A stretch of 64,000 nt of DNA, taken from the NCBI GenBank assembly GCA_019308925.1, contig JAFDHG010000003.1, positions 3,367-67,366 of the forward strand, written 5' to 3'. Position 1 is the stretch's first letter; every line of letters starts with the position of its first letter. The DNA comes from Deltaproteobacteria bacterium (GTDB lineage Bacteria; Desulfobacterota; B13-G15; RBG-16-54-18). The notes beneath the pieces were generated by a model that searched no databases, was not told the origin of the DNA, and saw only the letters and a list, made by a program, of their open reading frames with translations. Below, one piece after another: positions 37,997 to 49,637 of this stretch. A program made the position numbers and the translations under genes.

Positions 37997-39487
37997 TCAA
38001 ACCCAACGTAAGGTGACCGTCTTCTGGTCCATGAACAGCCTTACAGAGTCCATCCTGCTATGGGCATTTCCGAAGAAGGACTCCCTCTTGGACGCCATTG
38101 GGAAAAAGGAGTATGGTTGTGGTATACCCAAATTCACCCCCACGTTTCCTACGTTGACCTCTCTTGTAAACTTTCGCGCATTTTTACCGTCCGCCGTAAG
38201 GATGCATGCTGAGTGTCCAAGGTTTGTCTTGGTGTTGATCCACTCTATTGCTTCATCGAGATTGCTGGCCCTTATCAGGTTGGCAACAGGGCCAAATGCC
38301 TCCTCTTTCGCAATGTGCATGTCAGGGTGGACATCTCCCAGGATGGTGGGACCGAGGAAATAGCCATTAGGATAGTCCTTTACCTTGACCTCTCTGCCAT
38401 CCAGTGCGATCTTAGCCCCTTCCTTTAAACCCTTCTCTATCCACTGAAGGACCTTTTCTTTCCCCATTTGTGTGGTCATAGGCCCGAGGTCCGTATCTTC
38501 GTCAAGTCCATAACCCAGTTTCATGCCCGCAGAGGCCTCTACAAACTTGCTCTTCACCTCATCGTATACATCTCCCACGATAACCACGTTGTCAGTACCC
38601 AGGCAGCGTTGGCCGGTCATACCATAGCATCCCCTCAGAAGGTACTCAATCCCTCTGTCTATGTCGGCATCTGGCATGATAACGATATGATTCTTTCCAT
38701 TACCGTTCAAGGATGTCCTCTTCCCCAGTTTTCCCGCTTGGTCGAACAGTATTTTGCTGACTGCTGTCGACCCTATAAACCCGGCTCCCTGCACATAGGG
38801 ATGGGCGAACATCGTGGCATTGAGCTCTACCTGATTCCCCACATGAATGAGATTATGTACGCCAGGAGGGAAACCGGCCTCCTCAACCACCTCGGTGATC
38901 TTATTGGCGCAGACAGGACCCTGCCAGCTTGGGCTCCAAACTACAGGACATCCGCAGGCAAGGGCATATGGGACAAAGGACGACCAGGCATGCATGGGGA
39001 TGTTTCCTGGTGTAATGATGAGGAAGACCCCCACTGGTTCCCATACTAGATATTCGTCAATACCCCTGGCCAACTGATCCACATGTTCGTTCTCCCTTGC
39101 TAACCTGTACAGGGCTGAGCAAGCCGATTCGATATTCTCAATAACCCTTCTCACAGACCCTCTGGATTCATCTATGGTCCTTCCGTGATCTTGGGTGAGA
39201 ACGCGACTGAGTTCGTCGAAATATTCATCAAACTTGCCCCTGAGGTCGAAGAGTAAACGGGCCCTATCCCGCAGGGGGAGATTGCTCCATGTCTTAAAAG
39301 CCCTGTATGCTGCCTCAACTGCCGCATCGGCCTCTTCCTGTGTTGCCGTAGGGAACTCTGCGATCACCTCACCTATAGCAGGATTGGTGGTCTGATTAAT
39401 GGTGGTGGACTTGGAGTCAACCCACTTGCCGTCGATGAAGAATTTTAACCTTCCATAATGCTTGCTGACTTCAGATAGTAACGCCAT
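37997..39487 (-). CDS. Aldehyde dehydrogenase, CoA-acylating methylmalonate-semialdehyde dehydrogenase-like
   Basis: 496 aa; FIDGKWV N-terminus and Aldedh-family layout. Confidence 0.8.
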   Translation of the reverse strand: MALLSEVSKHYGRLKFFIDGKWVDSKSTTINQTTNPAIGEVIAEFPTATQEEADAAVEAAYRAFKTWSNLPLRDRARLLFDLRGKFDEYFDELSRVLTQDHGRTIDESRGSVRRVIENIESACSALYRLARENEHVDQLARGIDEYLVWEPVGVFLIITPGNIPMHAWSSFVPYALACGCPVVWSPSWQGPVCANKITEVVEEAGFPPGVHNLIHVGNQVELNATMFAHPYVQGAGFIGSTAVSKILFDQAGKLGKRTSLNGNGKNHIVIMPDADIDRGIEYLLRGCYGMTGQRCLGTDNVVIVGDVYDEVKSKFVEASAGMKLGYGLDEDTDLGPMTTQMGKEKVLQWIEKGLKEGAKIALDGREVKVKDYPNGYFLGPTILGDVHPDMHIAKEEAFGPVANLIRASNLDEAIEWINTKTNLGHSACILTADGKNARKFTREVNVGNVGVNLGIPQPYSFFPMASKRESFFGNAHSRMDSVRLFMDQKTVTLRWV

Positions 39488-40015
39488 CCTAACCTCCTTT
39501 TCTAGTTTTTGATCTGACCAATGTCTTATTTTATTAAAAATTAATTTTTTATTTTATTTCTTAAAAACATCCTATTATTACCACTCGAAAAATTACGTGT
39601 CAACGGTTTTGTGCCAATGCCTCGGGAATAAATGCGGCAAAGGCTTAATGAAGGCAGTATTGAGTTTGTTGAGTGTACACGGTGAATGGGTGAATTGCTG
39701 CTGATAACTGACAGATGAATCCTTGGACCATTTTTAGCAACTTTTTTGGAGAAGAACCATAATATGTTCCTGTCGGTTAGATGTCATTCGTCGAGGTTGA
39801 CAAAAATTGTCACATCGACATCTTTTGATCCTTTGTCGTTTTTCCCATCATTGAGAAATCCTTTTGATTTTGCTCAGTTGTGTTACAATAAGGTGCTAAC
39901 CTTTTTAAAGGCACAAAATTTGCGATAAAAAGATCAGAGAGGTATAAGTGATAGGGTCTGCAAATAGGATAATCTTTTGGAGGGGCCTAACGCAGGTATT
40001 TTTTATCAAAAGCTC

Positions 40016-40044
40016 TTGACAAATTTTTAATTTTTTAGTATAAG
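40016..40044 (+). promoter_or_regulatory. Near-consensus sigma-70 promoter for the M23 peptidase gene
   Basis: TTGACA (40016-40021), 17-nt spacer, TATAAG (40039-40044); about 70 nt upstream of the ATG at 40113. Confidence 0.45.
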
Positions 40045-40112
40045 CCTTCCTTGTCAAAAGGAAGAACTGTGGAAGAGGAGACCCTTTAATCTTACCAGAA
40101 GGGGGTTTCAAG

Positions 40113-41003
40113 ATGAAAAGGGATGGGATCTATACGATATGGATCTTCCGCAATGGAGCTTTCAGGCCTTATAAGATAAAACTTCCTGGGCTTAGCGCCA
40201 AAATCCTTTTAGCGGTTTTTCTTGTCATCATCTTTTCCTTTCCCTTTATCACCTTTAGTTACATCTCCAAGAGTTTAAAATTATCCAGGATAGAGAATGA
40301 AAGGACTGAGCAACAGGCCAAGATTGCCTCCTTAAATAAAAAAATGGGGGAATTCAATCAACAGATCCAAAGGTTGAAGGAGTTTGATGTAAAACTACGC
40401 ATCATTGCCAATCTCGAAAATGCCGAGGAGACCGGTCCCTTTTTGGGGGTAGGAGGTCTTGTCCACTCTTCTCGCGAACCGTGGGAAAAGACGGAATCCG
40501 ATCTACAAGGAATGAAGAAGGAGCTGGACCATTTATGTACAGAGGCAAAGTTTTGCGAGAAGAGCTTTCGAGAACTTTACTCCTTTTTAGAGGGAAAGAA
40601 GAGACAATTGGTATGTACCCCCTCTATCTGGCCTGCCCGAGGGTGGTTGACGTCGCGCTTCGGATATCGCATTGACCCCTTTACCGGATTGAGGCAGTTT
40701 CACGAGGGGATCGATATCGCCAACAGGATAGGCACTCCTATTATCGTCCCCGCCGATGGGGTGGTTTCCCGTGTTTTCAAAGACTTCGGCCTAGGATTAG
40801 TATTGGAGATCAAACATGGTTACGGTATCATTACCCGCTATGGCCATCTCTCCAAGGTGCATGTGAAGGTGGGCAAAAAGGTCAAAAGGGGTGAAAGGGT
40901 CGCTACCATTGGCAACACTGGAAGATCTACTGGTCCCCATCTGCACTATGAGGTGAGGTTGAACGGTGTCCCCGTAAACCCCCAGCGCTATATCTTGAAT
41001 TAA
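40113..41003 (+). CDS. M23-family metallopeptidase with N-terminal transmembrane/coiled-coil region (EnvC/LytM-like)
   Basis: HEGIDIA and HLHYEV zinc-ligand motifs. Confidence 0.8.
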   Translation: MKRDGIYTIWIFRNGAFRPYKIKLPGLSAKILLAVFLVIIFSFPFITFSYISKSLKLSRIENERTEQQAKIASLNKKMGEFNQQIQRLKEFDVKLRIIANLENAEETGPFLGVGGLVHSSREPWEKTESDLQGMKKELDHLCTEAKFCEKSFRELYSFLEGKKRQLVCTPSIWPARGWLTSRFGYRIDPFTGLRQFHEGIDIANRIGTPIIVPADGVVSRVFKDFGLGLVLEIKHGYGIITRYGHLSKVHVKVGKKVKRGERVATIGNTGRSTGPHLHYEVRLNGVPVNPQRYILN

Positions 41004-41257
41004 GTCAGTCTATCGCTTGATTTAGATCTCAACAGGGAATTCTTATTGCCTTTAGGCCAAGAAAAAGTCAGTCTTTTGGTCTACATAAAAGACTTATCTT
41101 CAAAGTCTAATCCTCTCTTTGTTTCACCCTGTTTTTGGTGTTTAATGAGTCAAATTGAATCCTTCCCTTTTTCTTCGATTAGAGGTAAAATATTAAAAAG
41201 TGAATTGGCCTCAGGTCAGTTTTCGCGTGAAAAGTATTTCTTCGGAGGAAGGGTAAA

Positions 41258-43927
41258 ATGTTAGGTAACATCGCAAAAAAGGTTGTAGGGAGCAAAAACG
41301 AGAGGGAACTCAAAAGGATCAAACCCCTCATCGAGATGATAAGCTCTCTAGAACCCCAGATCTACCCCCTCGATGATCATCGCCTGGCCGCCAAGACAGG
41401 TGAGTTCAAAGAGAGATTGGAGAAGGGGGAACCCTTAGATGATCTCTTGCCCGAGGCCTTTGCAGTGGTCAGAGAGGTGGCAAGGCGCACCTTAGGAGAG
41501 CGCCATTTTGATGTTCAGGTCATTGGTGGGGTAGTCCTGCACGAAGGCAAAATAGCTGAGATGGCTACAGGGGAGGGGAAGACCCTGGTATCTACCATGC
41601 CAGCATATCTCAATGCCCTGCTGGGCAAAGGGGTGCATATTGTAACCGTAAATGACTATCTGGCCAAGAGGGATAGCGAGTGGATGGGGGTCATCTACCG
41701 ATTTTTGGGGCTCTCTGTAGGCGTGATCCTGCATGACATGGACGATTACGCCAGGAGAAAGGCCTACCAGGCTGATATCACCTATGGGACCAACAATGAG
41801 TTCGGCTTCGATTACTTGAGGGACAATATGAAGTTCAGCCTGGATGACTATGTGCAGCGACAGCTCCACTATGCCATCGTGGATGAGGTGGACAGCATCC
41901 TCATTGATGAGGCGAGGACCCCCCTCATCATCTCCGGACCTGCGGAGGAGTCCACAGACAAATACTATAAGATCAACCGGATCATCCCCCAACTGAGGAG
42001 AGAGCGAGATTATACCGTGGATGAGAAGAGCAACGCTGTGGTACTTACCGAAGAAGGGGTGGCCCGGTTGGAGAGGCTCCTGAATATAGAGAACCTATAC
42101 GATCCCAGATATATCGATACCCTCCATCACGTAAACCAGGGGCTGCGGGCCCATACCCTCTTTAAGAGGGATGTGGACTACGTAGTGAAGGACGGCAAGG
42201 TGATCATCGTCGACGAGTTCACCGGCAGGCTTATGCCCGGTAGACGCTGGAGCGACGGGCTCCACCAGGCCGTGGAGGCCAAAGAGGGGGTCAGGATAGA
42301 AAGTGAGAATCAGACCTTGGCCACCATTACCTTCCAGAACTACTTCCGGATGTACGATAAATTGGCGGGGATGACGGGAACTGCCGACACTGAGGCCGCG
42401 GAGTTCAAGAAGATATATAAACTAGATGTAATAGTGGTCCCCACCAATCGACCCCTGATCCGAACGAACTATCCGGATGCGATCTATAAGACGGAGAGTG
42501 AAAAGTTCAACGCAGTGGTAAGGGAGATAGAGGAGCTCTACCAGATAGGACGGCCCGTCTTGGTGGGGACCGTCTCCATCGATAAGTCAGAGCGATTGAG
42601 CAGGTTGTTGAAGAAGAGGGGGATTCCACATCACGTGCTCAACGCCAAACACCACGAGAAAGAGGCCGAGATCATCGCCCAGGCGGGTCGTTTTAAGGGC
42701 ACGACCATCTCCACCAACATGGCTGGCCGCGGAACCGACATCCTCTTGGGGGGAAACCCAAAGATGATCGCCCTCCAGACGGTTGGGAAAGAGGCGGGCG
42801 ATGGTGAGCTGGAGGCCGCCTATCAAAAGGCCTTGGCCATCACCTCCCAGGAGAAAGAGGAGGTGATTAAGCTGGGTGGGTTACACGTCCTCGGGACAGA
42901 GCGACATGAGAGCCGTCGCGTCGACAATCAATTGAGGGGGAGGTCTGGTCGACAGGGAGACCCTGGCTCATCCCGCTTCTACTTATCCCTGGAAGATGAC
43001 CTGTTGCGGATCTTCGGCTCCGAAAGGATAGCGGGGATCATGGACAAACTGGGGGTAGAAGATGATCAACCCATCGAACATTCCCTGGTTACCAAGGCCA
43101 TTGAGAACGCCCAAAGGAGGGTGGAGGGCCATAATTTTGAGATCAGGAAGCACCTCTTGGAATATGATGATGTAATGAATCAACAGCGAGAGGTAATCTA
43201 CTCACAGCGCAAGGAGATCTTGAAGGGAGAGAGGTTGAAGGAGCTGGCCCTTGATATGATAGAAGAGGTAGTGGAGGAGATTGTTGGGGAATACACCGAT
43301 GAGAAGCGTTACCCCGAAGAATGGGATCTGGAGGGGTTAAAGGAGGCCTTTCACCAAAGTTTCTCCTTTCAATTAGGGCTAGATAGAGAGACCTTGGAGG
43401 GGATGAATCAACAGGACCTCTACACCTCCCTTATGGAGAAGGCCCAGGCCTTTTATGAGGAGAAGGAGAGGGTCTTTGGTGATGAGGTGATGAGAGATTT
43501 GGAGCGCTTCATCCTCTTGCAGACCCTGGACAGCCATTGGAAAGATCATCTCTTGAACATCGATCACCTAAAGGAAGGGATAGGCCTGCGGGGTTACGGC
43601 CAGAAGAACCCCCTTTTGGAGTACAAAAGGGAGGGTTATGAGATGTTTATTGATATGCTGGCCAGCGTAAGGGAGGACGCAGTGCACAAGCTCTTTGCCG
43701 TGCAGCTTGCCGAGGAGGAGGGGGTACCGACGCTACAAGATGCCCTGGGGCCGAGGTTATTTTTGATCAGGGGTGGGCTCGAAGCTCCGCCGCCACCTCC
43801 CCCTCCGGAGATGATGGGTGAGCAGGAGCGCCCCATACCCGTGCGTCGCGAGGGCAAAAAGATCGGCCGAAACGATCCCTGTCCATGTGGCAGCGGGAAA
43901 AAATACAAAAAGTGTTGCGGGAGGTAG
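41258..43927 (+). CDS. secA: Preprotein translocase ATPase SecA
   Basis: 889 aa; DEAD-like motor; C-terminal zinc-binding [14 protein letters not shown]. Confidence 0.95.
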   Translation: MLGNIAKKVVGSKNERELKRIKPLIEMISSLEPQIYPLDDHRLAAKTGEFKERLEKGEPLDDLLPEAFAVVREVARRTLGERHFDVQVIGGVVLHEGKIAEMATGEGKTLVSTMPAYLNALLGKGVHIVTVNDYLAKRDSEWMGVIYRFLGLSVGVILHDMDDYARRKAYQADITYGTNNEFGFDYLRDNMKFSLDDYVQRQLHYAIVDEVDSILIDEARTPLIISGPAEESTDKYYKINRIIPQLRRERDYTVDEKSNAVVLTEEGVARLERLLNIENLYDPRYIDTLHHVNQGLRAHTLFKRDVDYVVKDGKVIIVDEFTGRLMPGRRWSDGLHQAVEAKEGVRIESENQTLATITFQNYFRMYDKLAGMTGTADTEAAEFKKIYKLDVIVVPTNRPLIRTNYPDAIYKTESEKFNAVVREIEELYQIGRPVLVGTVSIDKSERLSRLLKKRGIPHHVLNAKHHEKEAEIIAQAGRFKGTTISTNMAGRGTDILLGGNPKMIALQTVGKEAGDGELEAAYQKALAITSQEKEEVIKLGGLHVLGTERHESRRVDNQLRGRSGRQGDPGSSRFYLSLEDDLLRIFGSERIAGIMDKLGVEDDQPIEHSLVTKAIENAQRRVEGHNFEIRKHLLEYDDVMNQQREVIYSQRKEILKGERLKELALDMIEEVVEEIVGEYTDEKRYPEEWDLEGLKEAFHQSFSFQLGLDRETLEGMNQQDLYTSLMEKAQAFYEEKERVFGDEVMRDLERFILLQTLDSHWKDHLLNIDHLKEGIGLRGYGQKNPLLEYKREGYEMFIDMLASVREDAVHKLFAVQLAEEEGVPTLQDALGPRLFLIRGGLEAPPPPPPPEMMGEQERPIPVRREGKKIGRNDPCPCGSGKKYKKCCGR

Positions 43928-45116
43928 CAAACTGAGGCCCAAAGGCTTTCAGGCGGCAGGGATCACCTGTGGGATAAAGGAGACAGAGGGGGCCAAGGAT
44001 CTGGCCCTCATTTATTCAGAGGTCCCGGCAAAGGTGGCTGGCCTCTTCACCAGAAACAGGGTCAAGGCGGCACCTGTCATCTATACCAGGAGGAGGGTGC
44101 GCAGGGGTATCTGCCAGGCCCTCATCATCAACAGCGGTAATGCCAACGCCTGTACAGGTCAGAAGGGTTTGATGGATGCAGAGACCATGGCGAGGTTGAT
44201 TGCCAGCACCCTTCATATCCCCCACCAGCAGGTCTTGGTCTCCTCCACGGGGGTGATCGGCCGCCCCCTTCCCATGGGAAAGATCGAGAGGGGGATTCCA
44301 TCCTTGGTTGCCAAGCTCTCCCCTGATGGTTTTCAGGATGCCGCCGAGGCCATTCTGACCACTGATACCTGCTCCAAGGTGGCCATGGAAAGGGTGGACA
44401 CTGATGGAGAAAAAATCACCATCTTTGGGATGGCCAAAGGGGCGGGGATGATTCACCCTCAGCTTGCCACCATGTTGGCCTTTATCCTGACCGATGCGGA
44501 GGTGGAGGCAGAGGTATTGTCCGCTCTTTTGCAAGAGGGGGTCCGCTGCACTTTTAACAGGATCACGGTCGATGGGGATACCAGCACCAACGACATGATC
44601 CTCTTGGTGGCCAATGGTGAGGGAGGGAGCAGCCCTCTTCATCCTGGGGATGTGCGATTTCGTCCCTTTAGGGAGGCCCTGTTTGGGGTCATGGACCAAT
44701 TGACCCAGGCCATTGTCAGGGATGGGGAGGGCAGGACAAAGGTGGTGGAGATCGTCGTGCGCGGGGCCAGCAGCAGCAAGGAGGCCGAGAAACTGGCCTT
44801 CAGGGTAGCCCATTCCCCTTTGGTGAAGACCGCCTTTTTCGGCCAAGACCCCAACTGGGGGAGGATCATGGCGGCAATGGGAGATGCAGGGGTCCCCTTC
44901 GATCCTCAAAAGGTGGCCATCTACTTTGATGGTGCCCTGGTAGTAGAGGGAGGGATCCAAGCCCAAGGTATCAGAGAGGATAGGCTAAGGGAGGTATTAA
45001 AAAAGGAGGAGTTCAAAGTGGTCATCGATCTGCATCGAGGGACTTCTCAGGTCTCTGTCCTCACTACCGATCTCTCCTACGATTACGTCAGGATAAACGC
45101 CTCATACCATACCTAA
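43887..45116 (+). CDS. argJ: Bifunctional glutamate N-acetyltransferase/amino-acid acetyltransferase ArgJ
   Basis: [13 protein letters not shown], and the ATML autoproteolysis site in [14 protein letters not shown]; start uncertain (a GTG inside the 3' end of secA; no ATG after the secA stop). Confidence 0.8.
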   Translation: MAAGKNTKSVAGGSKLRPKGFQAAGITCGIKETEGAKDLALIYSEVPAKVAGLFTRNRVKAAPVIYTRRRVRRGICQALIINSGNANACTGQKGLMDAETMARLIASTLHIPHQQVLVSSTGVIGRPLPMGKIERGIPSLVAKLSPDGFQDAAEAILTTDTCSKVAMERVDTDGEKITIFGMAKGAGMIHPQLATMLAFILTDAEVEAEVLSALLQEGVRCTFNRITVDGDTSTNDMILLVANGEGGSSPLHPGDVRFRPFREALFGVMDQLTQAIVRDGEGRTKVVEIVVRGASSSKEAEKLAFRVAHSPLVKTAFFGQDPNWGRIMAAMGDAGVPFDPQKVAIYFDGALVVEGGIQAQGIREDRLREVLKKEEFKVVIDLHRGTSQVSVLTTDLSYDYVRINASYHT

Positions 45117-45290
45117 AGGGTTCAAGGGGCCACGGGTTCTAGGGTTCAAGTGTTTATGCATTCATGGGGTTAATCACTCGACCCCTTGAATCCTGCCGCC
45201 AGCGGCATCCCGCTTCCTTAAATCTATATTGTGGGGCGGGATTGAATCCTTGACCCCTCAGTCCCGCCCTTGGCGGGGCAGTTTACTTTT
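45117..45290. repeat. Copy C of the dispersed palindromic repeat family, with an embedded terminator-like hairpin
   Basis: aagggttcaaggggccacgggttctagggttcaag ... cactcgaccccttgaatcc ... ggattgaatccttgacccct; hairpin cccgcc-cttg-gcgggg followed by cagtttacttttt. Confidence 0.55.
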
Positions 45291-47202
45291 TCCCATCCCC
45301 CCTCAGCACCCTCTCATCGCCTACCCTAATGGTGACCTTGATGGCATCGAAGTACTCTGCCAAGGGTATGGTGTACTTCCTGGAGACACTGGTGAGGGAT
45401 TTGAACTCCTGCGTGGATATCTTCCCCCTTTCTTTGACAAAGGAGATCAACCTTCCTCTGAGCTCATTCAAGGGGTCTTGATGGAAGTATATCCCCTCCT
45501 TTAACTTGACCAGCTTGCCCTGAGTGGTAAGCAGTAAAAGGATCTCCTTTACCTCTTTTTCGCTGGCACCGAGTTGTTCGCCCAACTCCCTCACCGAAGG
45601 AGGGGTGAGGTCACTGCGGTGCATGATCTCCTCGATCTTTTCTTCCAACTCCCGCTGCCTCCCCTGGAGGGCGATTTGATGTCCGGACAGCCTCAATTTG
45701 TCCTTCTCCTGAACCAAGACCTTTCTTTCCATAAGGTTTGACAAAAGGGCATTAAAGAGCTTCCCGTCCACCTCCGGGGGGAGTTTTGACTTAAGTTCCT
45801 CCTTGGGGATACCGGGTTTGAGGGGATTTTCAGCGTGGTACTTCTCCAGGGCCATCACCATCTCATCCTTAAGGTTGCTATATAGTTCTCCATCGATGAT
45901 CCGCTCGGCCTCCCTGTCGAATTTGATCGTCTTTTGTCGGGAGAGGAGTTCGGCCAGGGTTGCGGACAAGGTAGTTGGGGGAATGTTGGCGTAGCCGGAG
46001 AGCTTCCTCAGTTCTATCCCCCTATAGCCCCCCTTTTTGGTGTGAAAGCTGAGCACAAAGGAAGGGTCTCCCCTCTTAAGTTGTTCCAGTTGGGTGGTGA
46101 CCTCACCCTTAAACCTCTTGTGCCTCTGGGGATGGGCGTCTAAGACCACGCCACCACCGATAGTCTGGATCAGGGAGGAGCCGCGCAGCACGAAACGATC
46201 ATTGGGCAAGACCACCAAAGGCCCTCCCAGTCTTATCTGGGCGTATCCCCTTTGCCCGGGTTTCAGTTCATTGGTGCCCAACAAGAGGATCTTGGCCATC
46301 TGGTGGGATGTCCCTGTGTGGAAGCGGAGCATTACGCCATTTTTTAAGGGACGAGGGGAGTGGGACAGGTGGATGATCTCCACGTCGAGAAGGTCCGCCG
46401 GCTCCACTGTGCCCGGGTGAAGGAGCGCCTCACCCCTTTGTACCGAGGACTTTTCGACCCCCTGCAGGTTGACGGCGGTCCTTTGCCCCGCCACTGCCTG
46501 TTTGACTTTTTCGTTGTGGACCTGGAGCCCCCTGACCTTTGCCTTGAGCCCTCTGGGGAGGAACTCAACGGCTTCCCCGGTTGTAACCTTGCCCGACACG
46601 AGGGTCCCGGTAACCACCGTACCGAACCCCTTTATGGTAAAGACCCTGTCGATGGGAAGCCGGAAGATGCCATCAGAGGGTCTCTCCACGACCTGCTCAA
46701 CCAATTTCTCCAGGGCCATGATGAGTTCTTCTATCCCTTCTCCGGTGACCGCCGAGACAGGGATGATGGGGGCCCCTTCGAGGAAGGTCCCCTTGGTGAA
46801 TGCCTTTATGTCCTCCATGGCCAACTCTCTTAGCTCTTGGTCCACCAGGTCGATCTTGGTCAAAACCGTCAATCCCTTCTCGACCCCCAACAGGGTGCAG
46901 ATATCCAGATGTTCCCTGGTCTGAGGCATGACCCCCTCGTCGGCCGCGATGATCAGGGCCACGATGTCTATCCCCCCAGCCCCGGCAACCATGTGTTTGA
47001 CAAATCTCTCGTGCCCCGGCACATCCACGATTCCGATCCGTTCTCCACTGGGCAGATCTAGGTAGGCAAACCCCAACTCTATGGTGATTCCGCGCTCCTT
47101 TTCCTCCTTCAGCCTGTCGGTGTCTATCCCGGTGAGGACCTTCACCAGGACCGTCTTCCCGTGGTCTATATGGCCAGCCGTCCCCAAGATGATCTGCTTC
47201 AT
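45283..47202 (-). CDS. selB: Selenocysteine-specific translation elongation factor SelB
   Basis: Start at [17 protein letters not shown]; EF-Tu-like G domain then winged-helix C-terminal extension; about 639 aa. Confidence 0.9.
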   Translation of the reverse strand: MKQIILGTAGHIDHGKTVLVKVLTGIDTDRLKEEKERGITIELGFAYLDLPSGERIGIVDVPGHERFVKHMVAGAGGIDIVALIIAADEGVMPQTREHLDICTLLGVEKGLTVLTKIDLVDQELRELAMEDIKAFTKGTFLEGAPIIPVSAVTGEGIEELIMALEKLVEQVVERPSDGIFRLPIDRVFTIKGFGTVVTGTLVSGKVTTGEAVEFLPRGLKAKVRGLQVHNEKVKQAVAGQRTAVNLQGVEKSSVQRGEALLHPGTVEPADLLDVEIIHLSHSPRPLKNGVMLRFHTGTSHQMAKILLLGTNELKPGQRGYAQIRLGGPLVVLPNDRFVLRGSSLIQTIGGGVVLDAHPQRHKRFKGEVTTQLEQLKRGDPSFVLSFHTKKGGYRGIELRKLSGYANIPPTTLSATLAELLSRQKTIKFDREAERIIDGELYSNLKDEMVMALEKYHAENPLKPGIPKEELKSKLPPEVDGKLFNALLSNLMERKVLVQEKDKLRLSGHQIALQGRQRELEEKIEEIMHRSDLTPPSVRELGEQLGASEKEVKEILLLLTTQGKLVKLKEGIYFHQDPLNELRGRLISFVKERGKISTQEFKSLTSVSRKYTIPLAEYFDAIKVTIRVGDERVLRGDGKK

Positions 47203-47278
47203 CCCATGTCCCCTTTTGCCAAAGTGTATGTCACCAGCCTCAGCTATGTCAAGCAAAGGGATATGTCTATGAGAGGTT

Positions 47279-49288
47279 TCAAAGGGTTTGTCTTTCACTA
47301 GAACCCTGGGTCCCTAGATCCCTGGAACCCTCAAAGTCCTTTTCTTTTTTGAGCACCACCCAGTCCGTACTGCCCCTCTCCATCTCCTGGCAGAATTTGC
47401 GGTAGAGGGGGTAGTCCTCCAGGGGGATGGTGGTGGTCTTCCTTATCCGTTCTCCTTGATAGAATATCTTACCCTCCTCGTACCGATAACTGGAGCAAAA
47501 GTCAAAATAGGGGGTCTTTATCTCCACCGGTTTAGGCAGGTAATAGACCCCATATCCATCTGGGAGGTCTACCTCCACTTCATTTCTGAGGAAGTGGACG
47601 GAGCAAAGCTCTATGGGGTATTTGCGTCCTTCCTTGACAGGGGTAAGGCAGCTATATGACACGCCAGGCAACTGAAATATCAGGAGATCTCCCGCCCTTT
47701 TACAGTAGTCTTCAGCGATAAATCGGTATGTCTTGGTGAAGGGCCTCTTAAAATCAAAGGGATCGGAGATGCTGCAATCGATCAGTTTTGCCCCGGGGTG
47801 AAGGGCGCTTGCAGCCCCCTCAAATATCTCTCTCAATTCGGTGGGACCACAATCCATGTAGGTCGCCCGGTTGTATGCCCCTACATCGCCAAAGTCCAGG
47901 GACCTTTTTTCGACCTCTATAGAGCCATCAGGACCGATTCTAATGGTTTGCCTGTAAAGGACTCCATTTTCCCGGGGCCTAGCCAGGGGGGTGCGGGTGA
48001 AGATCCCTTGCTGGCCCTTAAAGAGGAGGGCATCCCGATCTTGATCCTCACTTGGGAGATAGTCAAAGGGATAGGTCTCCCCGGTGGGGTCGAGGAACTG
48101 ATATTTCCTCTCCCCTTCGATGGCGACGATACAGTGATTGAACTGAAAGGGGTAGGGGAAGTCTTTGATCAATCTTCCCACCCCACGTGTGGGGATCAAC
48201 ACATAGTAGGCAGGGACTCCAGCCGCCTTAAGCATGCTTATCAGAAGGGTGCTTTTGTCCTTACAATCTCCATACTTGTTTTCGAACACCTCCCGGGCCG
48301 GGGTCGGTTCGTATCCAGACTTTCCTAGATTGATGGAGACATATCTGATCTCAGTCTCAACATAATAGAAGAGGGCCTCTGCCTTCTCACCAGGGTCTTT
48401 TAGGCCCCCTGTCAACTCGGCAACCTTTTCCCGTATGGCCTCATCGGGTTCAATCTTGTCATCCTTCAGTCTGTTCCACCAGGAGAAGAAGTCCTTCCAA
48501 GAGCGGACAGTGGTGCCCTGGATGTTAAAGGCGATCTCCGAAAAAGGAGGCATGTTATACTCGGGCATGATCTGGGGGATATTTCTGTATTCCCATAGAA
48601 AGACCTTCTTACCTCCCTCATGATAGGTCTTGGGGGATGTGGCAAACTCCTTTAAGGGGTTTCTGATGTAATACCTCAGATCCATATCCTCGGGGGCAAT
48701 GACCTTGAACCTGGAGAGAAAGGCCGGTTCGTAACCCTGGAAATAGAACCTGCTTGCATATTCTCCCTCCATTGTGGGGCGCCTTTTCTCTATTACTACC
48801 TTGTAATCAATAATGGAGCCAACCACTATCCCAGGAAGGGAAAAGGTCAATATTTTGTACTCACCGTATGAGGGGTAATTGCTGTAGGGGGTTGCCATTG
48901 TTACTACGTCATCCTTCATGGGAAGGATTTCTCCCTCTGGGGTAATGGTCCTGGCGTATTCGACAAAGATGTTCTCGCGGCGGGAATTGTAGCCGATCTC
49001 CACGTTGGCGTATCCCTTCCCCCCTTCCTTGATCACCTTGAAGACCGTGTGCAGGGTGGATCTACAGGTGCGCTGAGCGAGGACTTCGTCCACTTTTTCG
49101 TCCAGGACCACGATGACTGAGGCATCGGGATAGAACTCATCCGGAGGGAGGATCTCTAGGAGGTGGATTACCTCATCATCTATCATCCCTTTTAGTTTAG
49201 AGAAATCAAGGGCTGGTGAGGAAAGAGGGACGGAGATTAGAATTAAAGGGAGAAGAAAGAAAAGAAGTATTTTCCTTGTCTTTTTCAT
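47279..49288 (-). CDS. DUF3857-type N-terminal domain plus transglutaminase-like cysteine-protease-core protein, secreted
   Basis: Signal peptide; transglutaminase-core Cys motif GDCKDKSTLLISMLKAAGVPA; last 18 codons are read through a copy of the dispersed repeat. Confidence 0.65.
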   Translation of the reverse strand: MKKTRKILLFFLLPLILISVPLSSPALDFSKLKGMIDDEVIHLLEILPPDEFYPDASVIVVLDEKVDEVLAQRTCRSTLHTVFKVIKEGGKGYANVEIGYNSRRENIFVEYARTITPEGEILPMKDDVVTMATPYSNYPSYGEYKILTFSLPGIVVGSIIDYKVVIEKRRPTMEGEYASRFYFQGYEPAFLSRFKVIAPEDMDLRYYIRNPLKEFATSPKTYHEGGKKVFLWEYRNIPQIMPEYNMPPFSEIAFNIQGTTVRSWKDFFSWWNRLKDDKIEPDEAIREKVAELTGGLKDPGEKAEALFYYVETEIRYVSINLGKSGYEPTPAREVFENKYGDCKDKSTLLISMLKAAGVPAYYVLIPTRGVGRLIKDFPYPFQFNHCIVAIEGERKYQFLDPTGETYPFDYLPSEDQDRDALLFKGQQGIFTRTPLARPRENGVLYRQTIRIGPDGSIEVEKRSLDFGDVGAYNRATYMDCGPTELREIFEGAASALHPGAKLIDCSISDPFDFKRPFTKTYRFIAEDYCKRAGDLLIFQLPGVSYSCLTPVKEGRKYPIELCSVHFLRNEVEVDLPDGYGVYYLPKPVEIKTPYFDFCSSYRYEEGKIFYQGERIRKTTTIPLEDYPLYRKFCQEMERGSTDWVVLKKEKDFEGSRDLGTQGSSERQTL

Positions 49289-49637
49289 GAGGGGCCCTTA
49301 TGTTAATCAATTTTTATAAAATTTAGAGAAAATTGTAAACTATTTTTTGATAAATTTAGCCTGGCAAAAATAATGGTGATGGATCAAGCTCCTTAAGGGT
49401 AATACCTCAGTCTTGGGGGGAATGGGTTTCAAAGTGCCTCCCCCCTTGCAAGTGAGGCATTACTCCTTAAGGATAGCTTGTACTTGACAGAAATTAAAGC
49501 TAACTGTTAAAATCGTTCCGCACTATGAAGCAAGAAAAGACGTCTTCCATTGTCCCTTCCGATTGCGGTAAAAAGGACATCTGTACCGGGTGCTGGTCTG
49601 GTTTGTTATATCCTTTCAGACCCATCAGTAGACAAAG

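Noticed and set aside
39746-39928. 60-aa ORF in the AT-rich intergenic region between the aldehyde dehydrogenase and M23 peptidase genes
   Set aside because: No RBS, low-complexity translation; the region is better explained as divergent promoter space (sigma-70 promoter at 40016-40044).
44016-44966. 316-aa minus-strand ORF
   Set aside because: Entirely antisense to argJ, which has clear family motifs; Pro/Gly/His-rich low-complexity translation.
45117-45290. Searched for tRNA-Sec (selC) next to selB
   Set aside because: Neither strand gives a plausible anticodon stem with a U-C-A loop or an 8-bp acceptor; the motif belongs to the dispersed repeat family. selC and selA are presumably outside the window.
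47279-47298. Apparent overlap between the selB ORF (track start 47298) and the upstream DUF3857 gene
   Set aside because: selB clearly starts at the internal [17 protein letters not shown] (47202); the 32-codon N-terminal extension has no homology.
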